DNA of 64,000 nt from Oopsacas minuta (Eukaryota > Animalia > Porifera): assembly GCA_024704765.1 (NCBI GenBank), contig JAKMXF010000188.1, positions 62,001-126,000 of the forward strand, in the 5' to 3' direction. The first letter of the stretch is position 1. Every line of letters starts with the position of its first letter. Under the pieces are notes generated by a model. That model searched no databases and was not told the DNA's origin. It worked only from the letters and a program-made list of their open reading frames with translations. Positions 14,001 to 26,842 of the stretch are shown in pieces. The translations under genes were made by a program, and so were the position numbers.

Positions 14001-15917
14001 ATATATCGTATAGCTCCTGCTTGGTTAGTTGCCCCTCTTGTGTCTAGACTACCGGGTAGTGTACACGGACGTATACTGAAGTTAGCAGGTGATCATAGTA
14101 AAGGGGAGTGGTGGACCATGTCTCCTGTCACACAAACGTCTGAATACAAGAACGGAGGTGGAGCATCTGGGAAACAACAACCTTTTCTAGAACTGGTACT
14201 GGCTTGTCTCCACTCCGGCTCTCAGGAGGAGTTACTAGACCCACTCAGTAAACAGGTAACGTCATTCCTTAAAGCCCCAGCAGAGGAGAAACAGCCATCA
14301 GATCCTAAGGCTAGATCTCATTTGAACGCTTCTCTCAAGGTTAGACTAGGGTTAGTCGGCTCCCTCCTCAACATAGCGCGTCAGAATGCTTGTCAGGAGT
14401 GGTGTAGCTTACTGACACAGCTGATCTGCTCTGGAGCAGTTGATCCTGATCACACAGGTACTCAGGAGCTACACACTACAACATTAGACATGCTATGCAT
14501 TCTCTACAGATCTCTTGTTAATGAGAATAGTAGTAACTTCGCTGCTAGAGAGCCTCGTAAGTATTTCATGGATCAGCTTAAACACGAATTAAACCAATCA
14601 ACCATGACAAGTTCAAAGTGCATTCGAGAGCTATCTCAGCTGATCGGTGCATCTAAGCCAGCTCTTCAAATGAAACTATTCAGTCGATATAACAACCAGG
14701 GATTCGATCCAGATGAATTGGTTGAATACACACTACCTGCTTGGGATGTGCTAGAGGGATTTCCTCACAATAACATGCTGTCTCTCTCTCATTACCTTAA
14801 GTTCATACGGCATGAACCCGGTCCTCTTAAATACGAAGAGCAGTATAGAATGTGTCTCCTACATACACACGCTAATAAGAACTATTTTCCCTACTGTGTG
14901 ATGCTACCTGAAGCCCATGACACACCCATTACTCCCATACAAAGTGCTATCCCTATTCAAGATATCGATCAGATAGTTATAACTCCTACAGAGAGTCCTA
15001 CAGCTAAGAAACAGAAGAGAATATCAACTTCTAGTAACAAAGATTTCAAACGACAGGAACAGCTGACTCCACTGGATATCAAGCCACAGTTAATGATGGG
15101 TGCTAACCAGTTAGAATCAGGGATGACATTGATGCGGCCATCTCATCCACCACCTCAGGGTGTGTATGGTCCTGGTAGGAATATAGCTTCCTTACAATCA
15201 TTTCCTAATTACCAACCACAACAACAACAACAACAACACCTTCATCAACAACAACAACAACAACCACAACAACAACAACCACAACAACAACAACCACATC
15301 ACTCGCAACACCAACAGCTCCCACAACAACAGGATAAGTTCTCTATGAGAGGTTATAACCCAGAAGATATGCTAGGTACAGTAGATCAACTGAATACATA
15401 TAACCATGTCAACCCTGCAGGACAACAACAATACTCTATGAATAATCCCAGGATGATGCCACGTGGTCACATTAATATGGCCACCTCTGACCCCTCAAGT
15501 ATTATGAGCCAGAAATACATGATGGACTATGGAATGCAGTCTACAACTGTTAACCCTTCAATTAACTATGTCCAGCAACCAGGTATGCCGCGTTACAATC
15601 CTCAGGCCGCCAATACTCGACAGAGACAATTAGTGGTACAGCGCCATAGACAATTAGCTAGACCAATTAGTACACAGAGATATTCTGTGTCAAATATGAT
15701 ATCAGGTGCTGGTGGAAATGTTCATGGAGGAGGAGTGAGTCATTACAATATGTATTTTGACCAGAGTACTCCTTATCAGAACCAAACATCCGGGCAGTAC
15801 CCTCCATTGTCAGGTGTCAGACAACAAGGAATGGTAGCTAGACCGCAATCACAGATTATTACTCAGCCAAACAACCAAGGTCTCATGCATAATCAAATGA
15901 AATACATCAATGATTAA
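8032..15917 (+). CDS. MED12: Mediator subunit 12; exons 8032-8451, 9173-9431, 9712-10714, 11675-15917 (about 1974 aa)
   Basis: N-terminal RPLKKCKLGPPDVYGQDGKQREDEL, VPLDRASWFIKM, LCQWAV (LCEWAV domain) and a Q-rich C-terminus; GT-AG junctions join in phases 0, 1, 2 with no frame break. Confidence 0.95.
11098..11510 (+). mobile_element. Helitron-like repeat in MED12 intron 3
   Basis: Shared modules plus terminal hairpins GGCAC-GAA-GTGCC and GCGAACAC-AAA-GTGTTCGC, also seen at 52718-52780. Confidence 0.6.
15213..15330 (+). repeat. (CAA)n polyglutamine tract in MED12
   Basis: CAA runs encode QPQQQQQQHLHQQQQQQPQQQQPQQQQP. Confidence 0.9.
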
Positions 15918-17084
15918 ATCCTTGGTATTCTAATACTAATTTCAAATCGTTTCTCTTGCATTATTTAATCAATGCATGTCCTTTAATTAATTAAGCAATC
16001 TGCTCTACTCTTATCTTACTCTCTAATCTATGTTGTATATTTAAATTTACACAATTACAATGAAATTAAAGAGTTGTTGATTTGTTGTCTAAATAACTCA
16101 GAGTGGATATTTCGTTCCAGACATATGCATATATGTTGAATCAGGTCAATTTGAAACACTCTCTGAGTTGTACAGAGGGAGTGTTTCACTCCCACATATA
16201 GTTTGAGAAGCACCGTAATAGACTATCATTTGTATCGTATAGTTTACTAATACTGATTTGTCGACTCAATGTAACGTGCTTGCGCATAGCAACAACGCCT
16301 TCATGCTTCAGGACCATATTTAGTGGTCCAGAAACTCTCGAACTATACTCGTCATAGAATCGTTAATGAGATAGCTGTTCCAAACCTCAAATTTGTAGTT
16401 CAATACACTAAATTGGTTTTCTATCTGGATATTGGAATTGGTTCATAATGATTGTATGTAGTTTATACATTTTACTATCTAATTCGATATCCGTCGTTTA
16501 TATATTATGAATAAAGTGATTACAGTCAGGGCTGCTTATTATGAACCAAGACAGTGACATCAATATTATCATTCCCATACGATTTGTTTTAAGCTAAGTG
16601 AACTTAATTTAATAAATAGAGCTCTCTAGTTAATCCGTGGTATGTGGAATAAGTGACCCTGACTAATATTTAATATGACGTTATTAACTAATGGAAATAC
16701 AATGCTACCTAGTACTTGCTGCCGCATTATCAGAGGAATTCTTGTTGAGTTAGCTATTATTTGTGGCATAATATCATACAAATTCTGATACATTTATGCC
16801 ACAAGATTTGAAGTATACATAAACTAATAGTTTCTTAAGTCTATCTATATTTGGATACCTTATAAACTAATAGATTAATTAACACATGCTAGATTAGTGT
16901 GACTTTCAGCCGTGCTGTTAACCAAATCATATTCATATCATTATTAAATTAATTAACGAACAATAAATATATTAGTTAAATCGCATTCTTGATATCTAGA
17001 TAACTTTGCATATGTTTTATCGAAACTATCTCAGCTGAACTTTGCAACCTACATTCAATTTGACTACATTTTAGTGTAGCTCCT

Positions 17085-17300
17085 CCTATATAGAGATGCG
17101 GCATGGATGATGTGCGACGTCAGTCCGTCCGCGCGGCCGTGCGAAATCTAGCAGTCGAATGAACCTGAAAATTGGCTTACATTTTGGGTCGGAGATTGCC
17201 TCGGGTGTGAATTATTTCTAAAGTGAATATTTCACACCTTTTTGCACATATTTCAAATTGATGTTAGAGATTTTGTTTCGAAAGTTAGACAGGGGGTAAT
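17085..17300 (+). mobile_element. Helentron/DINE-1-like repeat copy
   Basis: Clear similarity to 40783-41000 (with GTCC repeats) and, inverted, to about 7420-7560; 17461-17516 matches window positions 38-75 in reverse. Confidence 0.5.
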
Positions 17301-17953
17301 TGTAGGATAATTATGTAGAATTTTATACATAGGATTTGAGGATAAAACAGTTAAGTAAGGGACTAATAATATTGAATATCCTGAAATATTTATCAGATCC
17401 AGGAGCCCAAAATCAGCCGGGTCCGGTGCATTGCGGTAATTACCCTGAAAAGAACAAAACTCCATAACCTGAGCTACACTACCAGTCTGTCGCCTGGACA
17501 TTTTTAACGATGTCATGATTGTTAATTTGTTATTGATTCACTATTCTTTCATTGTAATTCAGTAATCTCTACTACTACTACTTATTGTGACGTTTGTGTT
17601 TAATTAACGTGAAGAGCCAGCCAAATAGCTGAAATCAGTTTTGTCAAATTGATTCCATCCGAAGTAGAAGTAGTACAGTAGAACTCGGTTAGTACTCGGC
17701 TTTAGACGTATTTTTCTTCAAAACTGATTATCAATTCTTGTACTAATTGATAGCAAAACTATTCAGATAAATAAGACGTACTTCGGTTAGTACTTAGTAC
17801 AAACTAATTTTTGTTTCTTGGGGGTAGGACTTACCAGAGTTATACTGTATTATGAAATTACGAGTAAAACACTGTTTGCACAAGAGTTCATGGCACAAGC
17901 TACAATTCCTATTTCTACTTATTATCTCATTCTCCCAATAGATCGTTATTACT

Positions 17954-19459
17954 ATGACAGATAGCATAGCTAATCTCTACCCATTTGAAACCAACAAACA
18001 AGGCATTAGAATCACAAACAAATCAAATACTAACATAGAACACCAACCATGGTTCCATTACAAGATACAACGTAAGATAGCAGATCTACTTGTCAATAAG
18101 AATGGAGACTTCCTTGTTAGAGAGAGCATATCACAACTAGGATCATACACGTTAGTAGTACACTGGGCTGATGAGACTATCAATTTTCTAATATCCTGTA
18201 CTATCGGAGGGGACGGTAGACCTCAGTATAGATTCACATCAGACTCGTTCTCTACGATAGCAGAGGTTATATGGTATCATGTGAATACTGGTTGTCCTGT
18301 ATCTGAGGCATCCCCCGCTGTGTTACTATATCCAGTAGACAGAGACTCTACATCACGATCTGATAACACATCCGTACTTAGTTCTACTTCATCTGGTGAT
18401 ACCAGTATAGCGTCAAGCTCTCTAGATAGTACATTCTCTCCTGTAGCAACTAGCAAGCCTGATATTGCAATGAGTAGATGTCATAAGGGCAAGAATATCA
18501 CATCTAGTCTCTCACCTTCCTACTTCTCTCCCTCTCACTCACTAGACAGCTATGTATCAGATACCCAATCTACTTACTATCTACAGATAATGGCTGTAGT
18601 TAAGAGTATTCTATTCTCATCCAAAGCAGTCTATATACCACAAAATCTACAGCAATACACTCCATTGACTCTAGCTATACACCTGACTCGTACTGATTTG
18701 CTAGTCACTCAGTTATCAGCTGACATGAGTACACCATCTGACCGGCTAAGAGCAACAGGTCTGCAGAGACTATTGATGCCTTATAACGAGTCTATACAGA
18801 GAGAAGCATGGTTCAGACACTCACAGACTAAATATTTGGTTATTCTAGCTGTATTCGGAGCTGCTAACTTAGAGTCTCGTACTACTCTGATCTCTCAACT
18901 GATATCTGTAGCAAGAGAGCTATCTACTGTTTCTCTTGGGAATGCTTTTAGTTTTATGTCTGTGATGGAAGCACTCATGTCTCCTCAGGTTGCTAACCTA
19001 AGCTCTACTTGGTGTACATTAAGAGAGAAGTACTCAGTAATTATGACTGTGTTTGACTTACAATTGAAGCCACTAGCTCTATCCTACCATTCAGGTAGCT
19101 ACCAGTATCCTCCTGTAATCCCATACATACAACCTGTCCTGTATAATCTATTGATGACTGTACAGGATGTACAGACAGAGGATAGCTCTCAGAGGGAGGA
19201 CCTGGAATCAGGGTTGGACGCTTTTTTGAATCATTTTGAAGCAGCAAAGAACTACTCTACTCCGAATGAGGCCCTATCCAAACTGCAGCATACTGTTAAT
19301 ACGGCCAAAGAAGATTCTACGTTAATACATTTCTTACAACAGAATCATATTAAAACCCTACTCAATAAGATTGATAAGAGGTTTCAGAGTGATTGGGAGC
19401 TGTACGATTGTGCTGAGAAATTAACAACTATTCTCTCTAGCTTAATGACAGACTACTGA
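17954..19459 (+). CDS. BCAR3: BCAR3/SH2D3 (NSP)-family SH2 plus RasGEF-like adaptor, single exon, 501 aa
   Basis: SH2 segment PWFHYKIQRKIADLLVNKNGDFLVRES, Ser-rich linker, and Cdc25-homology segment LGNAFSFMSVMEALMSPQVANLSSTWCTLR typical of the NSP family; exact paralogue unresolved. Confidence 0.8.
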   Translation: MTDSIANLYPFETNKQGIRITNKSNTNIEHQPWFHYKIQRKIADLLVNKNGDFLVRESISQLGSYTLVVHWADETINFLISCTIGGDGRPQYRFTSDSFSTIAEVIWYHVNTGCPVSEASPAVLLYPVDRDSTSRSDNTSVLSSTSSGDTSIASSSLDSTFSPVATSKPDIAMSRCHKGKNITSSLSPSYFSPSHSLDSYVSDTQSTYYLQIMAVVKSILFSSKAVYIPQNLQQYTPLTLAIHLTRTDLLVTQLSADMSTPSDRLRATGLQRLLMPYNESIQREAWFRHSQTKYLVILAVFGAANLESRTTLISQLISVARELSTVSLGNAFSFMSVMEALMSPQVANLSSTWCTLREKYSVIMTVFDLQLKPLALSYHSGSYQYPPVIPYIQPVLYNLLMTVQDVQTEDSSQREDLESGLDAFLNHFEAAKNYSTPNEALSKLQHTVNTAKEDSTLIHFLQQNHIKTLLNKIDKRFQSDWELYDCAEKLTTILSSLMTDY

Positions 19460-20004
19460 CTGGCATATATTGCATAAGAGACAACACCTGATGTGAGTAT
19501 TAATTTTTTTTTGTATAAAGTACGTATCTACGATGTTTACATATATATATTACGCGAGATATAGTCACAATTCTAAGAATACAAATTTGACATTAACTAA
19601 TATCTATATTAACTTTTTCATAACAGCTTATATGGTGAATAAGTAGAAATCTCGTTCATGTATTTCATATATAATATAAACTGATATGAACTTTCCTTAT
19701 TATGTCTTACGTCAGCAGTTTGTTCATATGTCTCTCAACTCGCAGGATTATATATGGCACAATCTATTTGTTGATATATTTTCCTTGGATAGTATGTATA
19801 TTATTTAAGTCTTATTTATAGGGAATTCCCTTGCTATTATGCGAATTTGTTATTGGAGATACTCTTACTTATTTCAACACATAAACAAATTCTGAATTCA
19901 CCAATAATAATGTTTTGCAGGTTACCTCCTCCTCCCTAACTCCCCCATGGAGAGAGTTGCGTAACATTTGAACTGAATGGTTTGACAAAAATGGTTCGCC
20001 CAAT

Positions 20005-20465
20005 ATGCGTGTCCGTACTCGGGCCTACGGCCCTCGAATACATAAACTAATAATCTTAACCGTAGCAAACATGAAACTGCCATAATCTTTAATTCTGCTT
20101 ACTTTATTTCCCCAAAAGTGAACAAATATTTATGAAATGTTGTTTACAATATCATATTTGGACTCAGCATACTCGATTACCTCAGTATAACCATTGAAAG
20201 TATGTTTCTACCACAAATTTGAAATTTGTTTACTTTATATTCATAAAAATAACATTAAATTCACATATGGTTAATCCAAAAGTGTGAAAATCGGATTCAG
20301 CATATTTGATATGTTTAGTGAAGTTTTATTGAATTCTATTTACTTCCTTGATAAACACGATAAATACATAGTTATGCGATAATTTCAAAATTGCATACCG
20401 TAAATCCTTTCCTTGACAACGGACAAACAAACACAAACAAACAACAATAGAGATTTAATAATATA
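20005..20465 (-). mobile_element. Helitron-like repeat copy
   Basis: Hairpin end CTCGGGCCTACGGCCCTCG as at about 4520; the other end TATATTAAATCTC...(GTTT)n GTCCGTTGTCAAGGAAAGGATTT (reverse) as at 52780-52860. Confidence 0.6.
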
Positions 20466-20867
20466 GTTCAGGGTAATTGTTAAAATAATTCTGAACGCGT
20501 CAGAATGTATCACCTGAATCCGCCAAGTGTGTCACATACCTTGAGGAGTGAATAATATTTACATAAAGTTACGACTTACGAGGGTGTGTATAATCGCATC
20601 TACATTTAGAGTAATCTAGGTGTACTGTATCACTTAGAAGTGGTGCTCGTCACTTTACGCTTCAAAGATCATAACTATATATGTTGTATATCTGGGTACT
20701 GGGTTCCTTGTTACTCTTATTTACTATATTCATATGAAAACAATAAATTTACTTATGAGACTCCTGAAATGCGAAATTCGGATTCATTATTCTTCTAAAT
20801 TGATTGATTGAACTCTATTTAAATATACTCCGAACTGTACTCCCAGTTTGACAGCTTTAATACATCA

Positions 20868-20962
20868 ATATTATTTAATCTCAATCGTTGTTTGTTCGTT
20901 GAATATCTCGAGGCGCAATGCGCTGAGTTCATCGCGAAGCGACGACCCAAAGGCTCGTATAT
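20868..20962 (+). mobile_element. Short Helitron-like element
   Basis: Near copy of about 6070-6175 and of 61100-61160 (inverted): CTCGAGGCGCAATG...GCGAAGCGACGA(G/C)CCAAAGGCTCGTA. Confidence 0.6.
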
Positions 20963-21423
20963 ATAAATATTCTCAAGAATTCCAAAACCACCATTGTATT
21001 ACCAGTGTACTTACTGCATAGCCTAAAGTTGCTTTTGGAGGAACCTGGATTGCCCGCGAAAAGTGCTAATATACCCCTTTTCTATTTCACCCTTGATTCA
21101 AACTTTAGTAAGGCATTGATTTGTATATTTATGTAATGTGTTTAGAAAGTTCCAACATTAAATCTTGTGTTTGTGTAGACCTTTTGAATTTACCTTATGT
21201 ATTTTTCAATGATTCTATATTGGTCACGACTCACGTGAAGTCAAACCTTAGATATCTGATCTAAATATATATCTAATAAAGGAAAATGTTAAATTATACG
21301 GTAATATAGATTTTATCATAATTAGGGACATGTTTATGTATTTATTAATAAATTTATTTAATCTAGATTGTTGTTCAGAATATTATTAGATTTGAGTACA
21401 TAAATATTGATTAATATTAACAA

Positions 21424-22947
21424 ATGAATAATGTGCCCCAGGACAAATGCTCCGAAAAGGAATCAAGTCCTCTTTCCATCTCCACACAAGAAATGCCAAC
21501 CATTAGCATTCACAGTTCAAACAAACCTAAAGACTATCTTAATCTTGTGTATTTTGCATTTCTCTACCAAGGCATGGCTTTATTGTTCCCGTATAATGCA
21601 TTCATATTCTTAATAGATTTCTATCAAGAAAGATTCTGTGATCTACATCTGTTCTACTGGTCAATGATAACAATAACTATATTGTCTAATGCATTATTCT
21701 GTTTACTAACAAACATAATCTCAGACTACATATCTGTAGCTAAGCGGATTCTAACCGGACATATTTGCTACCTGATTTCTCTAGTATTCTTCCTGATATT
21801 CAGCATACTTGTAGTAGAGGGTGTGTTTGACTCTCTGCCTAATAGCATCGGGTATACCCCTCTGTTAGCTGGATTAATAACAGGTGTCGGTATAGGCATA
21901 TCCCAACCATCCTACTATGCTATATCAAGTTATCTACCCAGTAGATACACACAAGCACTAGTTGTAGGTGAAACAATCTCTGGCGTAACGTCTGCTTGTT
22001 TCCGTGTGGCTACTAAGCTAATGAAACCAGCTGAATCATGTCAGTACTACGATACACTAATATACATCTCTTTAACGCTAGCTGTCATGATGTTTAGTGT
22101 TGCAGTATGGGTATTCATATACTATCATAAATACACTAATTATTACCTAGAGGAAGGTAACAGCGATATGTTTACTATTGAATACAAGGTACTAGACCAG
22201 GAGAAAGAGGAGGAGATAGATGATACAGGTATACATCAGGTAGCTTCTGGTGAGAATGCACTACTACTCACAAATAATAACCTTAAATGGAAAGATAAGC
22301 TTGTATGTATTTTTGTAGCATTTAAGAAGTATTCAGGTAGGAGAATTGCAATATTCAAGAAGACATGTTCTCTACAGCTTACTCTATTCTTTAACTTTGC
22401 AATTACTTTATTCTTATTCCCTACATTCATCACAGCAGCCTACAAATGCCACGCAAGGCTATGTGACTGGGTGCCTATAATCACACTCACTGTATTCATG
22501 TCTTCAGACTTTATTATTCGTTGGTTTTCACTGGTACGAGTTAGATGTAGTAGTCTTGTACTGCTCCTCATTTCTCTATCTCGTGTACTATTCATCCCAC
22601 TCATATGCTTATTCATATTCCCACTAGAGCAACCAATTATCAATGTAGAGTACGGTCTCCCTATATTCCTTATCGTTGTGTGTGTATTTGGATTAACTAA
22701 CGGATATTTTGGGAGTGTACCTCTTGTTATAATCCCTACCAAGTTGAATGGAAGAGATAGACAGTTGGGAAGCTCTATGGGAATATTTATGCTTGTTTTT
22801 GCTCTAGTCGCTGGTACATTCATTGCTTTCCCTTTTAATCAAACTGTATTATACAAATCTTCTAACGTTACTACAAATATTTGCTGCTTAAGGAACTACA
22901 CATCCATTCTTCAAAATGCTACTGCAGATGGAGTTTGTATGTGTTGA
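21424..22947 (+). CDS. SLC29A: Equilibrative nucleoside transporter (SLC29/ENT family), single exon, 507 aa
   Basis: About 11 hydrophobic segments; ENT motifs LYQGMALLFPYNAFI, YTQALVVGETISG, FAITLFLFP, FGLTNGYFGS. Confidence 0.9.
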   Translation: MNNVPQDKCSEKESSPLSISTQEMPTISIHSSNKPKDYLNLVYFAFLYQGMALLFPYNAFIFLIDFYQERFCDLHLFYWSMITITILSNALFCLLTNIISDYISVAKRILTGHICYLISLVFFLIFSILVVEGVFDSLPNSIGYTPLLAGLITGVGIGISQPSYYAISSYLPSRYTQALVVGETISGVTSACFRVATKLMKPAESCQYYDTLIYISLTLAVMMFSVAVWVFIYYHKYTNYYLEEGNSDMFTIEYKVLDQEKEEEIDDTGIHQVASGENALLLTNNNLKWKDKLVCIFVAFKKYSGRRIAIFKKTCSLQLTLFFNFAITLFLFPTFITAAYKCHARLCDWVPIITLTVFMSSDFIIRWFSLVRVRCSSLVLLLISLSRVLFIPLICLFIFPLEQPIINVEYGLPIFLIVVCVFGLTNGYFGSVPLVIIPTKLNGRDRQLGSSMGIFMLVFALVAGTFIAFPFNQTVLYKSSNVTTNICCLRNYTSILQNATADGVCMC

Positions 22948-23929
22948 TTGTGTGTTAGTTATTTTTAACTGATTATTGATTTATGTGTTGTATATTTTAA
23001 TATATTGCCGTGGATCGTGCGTGGTATTCAAGATACACATGAAATATTATCGGAATCTGGTAGGGAAATATGTTTATAAATTCATTTACATTGTATGTAT
23101 CTGATGACTAGACACCAAACATTTCCTTTTTCAATTGTTCATTCTAATCCAATATTATGAGCAAGCATAAGTTACTAGCGATCAATATTTATGTCTGAAC
23201 CGCAAGAGAAAATTCTAAGTGAATTATCCAATTTGTATGGAATACAAACTTTCTGTCCATGTATATGATTGGCAAAGCTTGGCAGGTATGGTTGAAACGA
23301 GCATAATGACTCACATGGACATATTATATTTATATTTGACATAATAGATCCTTTACTTAAGAATATATCAGGTTCAAAAATGGGGGCACCGGTCCCCTAC
23401 GTACCCCTCTGCTCGCTATCTGCCTCCTCAAAGTTATGTCACTGCTGGTACTGCAATTGAGATACGTAAGTAGAGAATATAAATGCTTTCTCATAGTTTT
23501 AGAATCAAATTATTTGATGTGTAAAATAGTGATAATTATGTATTTGTCTGCATTAGAGATGATTTTTTTAAAATTCGGAACACTCTACAAAGGTTGTATA
23601 ACCTTTAGACCCTACCCTGTTCTGATTAAGGAGGTTCTGATTTGCATGGGTCTACTGTATTGTCCTTTTATGATTCTTCATAGAATTCATTTACCTTACA
23701 TTAATAGTAATTATCGTTTCTATTTTGATATTCACAAACAAATCTTCCATTATGTATTTGATTTTCAATCTATTCACAGTTATAATACTGACTCTTGCGT
23801 ATCCTACATAGATGTACATGGGAATATCTAATACGAGACTTCGGCTCGGTCCCTTGCCAACAGATAAGAGACGTATTTTGGTAGGGGAGTCACTCGGTGA
23901 AGGTGCTAACTCATAGGGTACTTCATTGA

Positions 23930-24220
<291 letters not shown>

Positions 24221-24536
24221 TAGCATAAGTTCATATAATCCCAAGACTCAAACTTGTCCGTGCCAGGCCCAAAATACCCCTGTATGCCAAAATCAGCCCC
24301 GCAATTCCAAACATACAAATATTGGTAACATGGATTAGAGCGAGCGTGGCGAGTGAGTGAAAATTGTGGACTTCAAGCTTTTTAGATTGTTTAATTAATA
24401 CAAGCAAGTTTAACTTCCTTACGCTGCCAGGCTACTAAATTATACAATTATAAGTGCTGCATATATTTAATCTTATGTACATCGTTATTAAACATTTTAT
24501 TTTATTTCATAATAATTTACTAGTATTATTTTAATG

Positions 24537-24586
24537 CAGCGGTTCCCAACCTGGGGTCCACGGGTGAACACGTTTTAGAACCGCTG
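24537..24586. mobile_element. 50-bp minimal hAT-type MITE
   Basis: TIRs CAGCGGTTC / GAACCGCTG; flanks TTTTAATG / TTTAAATG (7/8 TSD). Confidence 0.55.
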
Positions 24587-24739
24587 TTTAAATGCAACAC
24601 TTATCCGAACAATTACTTGTCTATTTTACAGGGCTGTCGGATTAGCGAGGGTATACTGTAATTGATTTGTCAAATGTTATACAGTGTTGCTGTATTACCA
24701 ATTATACGAAATCATTATGTAACATGTACACACATTGAT

Positions 24740-25343
24740 TAGGATTGCCAGATTTTCAAAAGTCCAAACCCGGACAAATTGTCATTCCGAAATCAGTGTC
24801 TTTTGAGCGGCAGAGGCAACGGACACCTATTTCTCCTTGGGGCAAAACCTACGTCATACTTTTACTAGTTAGTGAATTACTCATAATGTCTATACTTCTA
24901 AGGGATTCCGTGAGACAGCAATTTCATAATTGCAGGGACATATGAAGAAAGAATTCTTGGTTGGCGAGGTAAAGTCAGACCTCAGACCCCACCATCCGTA
25001 TAATAGAAATTGGTACTTCTTCGTGGGGCTACACAGCACCTGACATACCAACACCTGCGGCCCTGTAGTGTATTATATATAGTTTGATGAGATAGAGAAA
25101 TTGATTACTTTTGATCAAATTGTGAGGCGGAAAATTTTGATATTTTATACAATATGTGTGGAGCGGATAGATAAGTGATAATCGTAGGAATCTAACTTTT
25201 GAATGAGCGAGCGTAGCGAGCGGGATAAATTTTCTGGTGCCCATTGAAAATTGTGCTCCGTCCAGGAAACTATGTGACAAAGGTTGGCAAGTGTGTACTT
25301 CACAAGAATGATATCCTTCAAACCCGGACGTCTGGCAACCCTA
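24740..25343. mobile_element. hAT-type MITE (TAGGGTTGCCA family)
   Basis: TIRs TAGGATTGCCAGA / TCTGGCAACCCTA with subterminal AAACCCGGAC repeats; TSD not recognisable. Confidence 0.65.
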
Positions 25344-25490
25344 TGTGTAATCCATGTTACTAAATATATCTCTACAAACTGTACACACGATAATACAAAG
25401 GTAATCAGTTATTACTTATTGTAATTATTATTGTTCAACTAAACACCAGTTCTTTCCAGCTGTTCACACTATTATGTAATCATTCATTAT

Positions 25491-26411
25491 ATACTCTAAG
25501 TGGACAAAAGTATTTCAACACACAAATATATTGTCATAAATTGTATACTCTTTCCCGTTCCTATATATTGTGTAGTCTATATTCGTAGCTGCTATGTAGT
25601 AATTTGTATAGAATAACATATGTTTTTCAAGAATTTCAAAAGATATTTTCGATTTACACTTTTGGAAGGTGTTAATTATTAATAATTATTAGATAATTAT
25701 TGATAATCAAAATACATGGTAATTCAAAGCCTATTAAGAATCTATAATTTCTGACTTGATATTTGAATTCTACGCAGGTGAGTTACCCCAGATTGAAATT
25801 TCCAATCGGATTGAACAATTTTTACTAAAGTTATAGAAGAATTTCAATTTGTCCTACTTGTGCCACTTTTTTCAAAAAGTGGCACAGGTGGCAGGAAAAG
25901 CGCCACTACAAGGAAGGCAACTAGGGCTAGGAGGAATAAGTCGAAGTAATATTTTCGAATGATATGACTATGCTAACCCTTGAATTCCATAATAACCTCT
26001 TGGTAGCGGCCACTTGTGCCACCTTGGGCAAAAGGTGGCACAAATGGCACAAATTGAAATTCATCTATAACTCTGGTAAAAATTGTTCAATCCGATTGGA
26101 AATTTCAATCTGGGGTAACTCGCCTACGTAGAATTCAAATATCAAGTCAGAAATTATAGATTCTTAATAGGCTTTGAAATACCACATATTTTGATTATCA
26201 ATAATTATCTAATAATTATTAATAATTAACACCTTCAAAAAGTGTAAATCGAAAGTATTTTTTTGAAATTCTTGAAAAACATATGTTATTCTATACAAAT
26301 TACTACATAGCAGCTACGAATATAGACTACACAATATATAGGAACGGGAAAGAGTATACAATTTATGACAATATATTTGTGTTTTGAAATACTTTTGTCA
26401 ACTTAGAGTAT
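25491..26411. mobile_element. Long foldback / large-TIR element (arms about 400 bp, spacer about 110 bp)
   Basis: 25491-~25895 is the reverse complement of ~26006-26411 with few mismatches; TA-flanked termini CTCTAAG...CTTAGAG. Confidence 0.9.
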
Positions 26412-26842
26412 TATCATATAATTAGCTCATTGATTGACTACATGCATGTTACCACATACTACGTATTGTTACTTATTCATTTTAAATTATATAATTATAT
26501 CTTATATATTGCATTAGATTAATTATCCTTTGAGATAGCATATAAATAGCTGTGTAGTAATCTCTCTACTGATTCGTATTATACGAATAATATATTGTCC
26601 AATAGTTTACATTGAAATTTTCTTAATTAATTTATAGACTTTTTGCATGTTAATTCAACTATCATTGCATGATAATGTTACGTTTATTATTCTTATATTA
26701 TATATTTGCAACTAAAATACCAATTTAGTTGATAAATATCTAAATGATTACTAAAATTCTATAATTAGCCTCTACTTATTTCTATATATAACTATATAAG
26801 GAACTACATACTCAAAATAACTAGCAATTAACCGTAGTACGA

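Noticed and set aside
16280-16300. RFX X-box-like half site CATAGCAAC
   Set aside because: A single half site with no nearby supported TSS; not distinguishable from chance.
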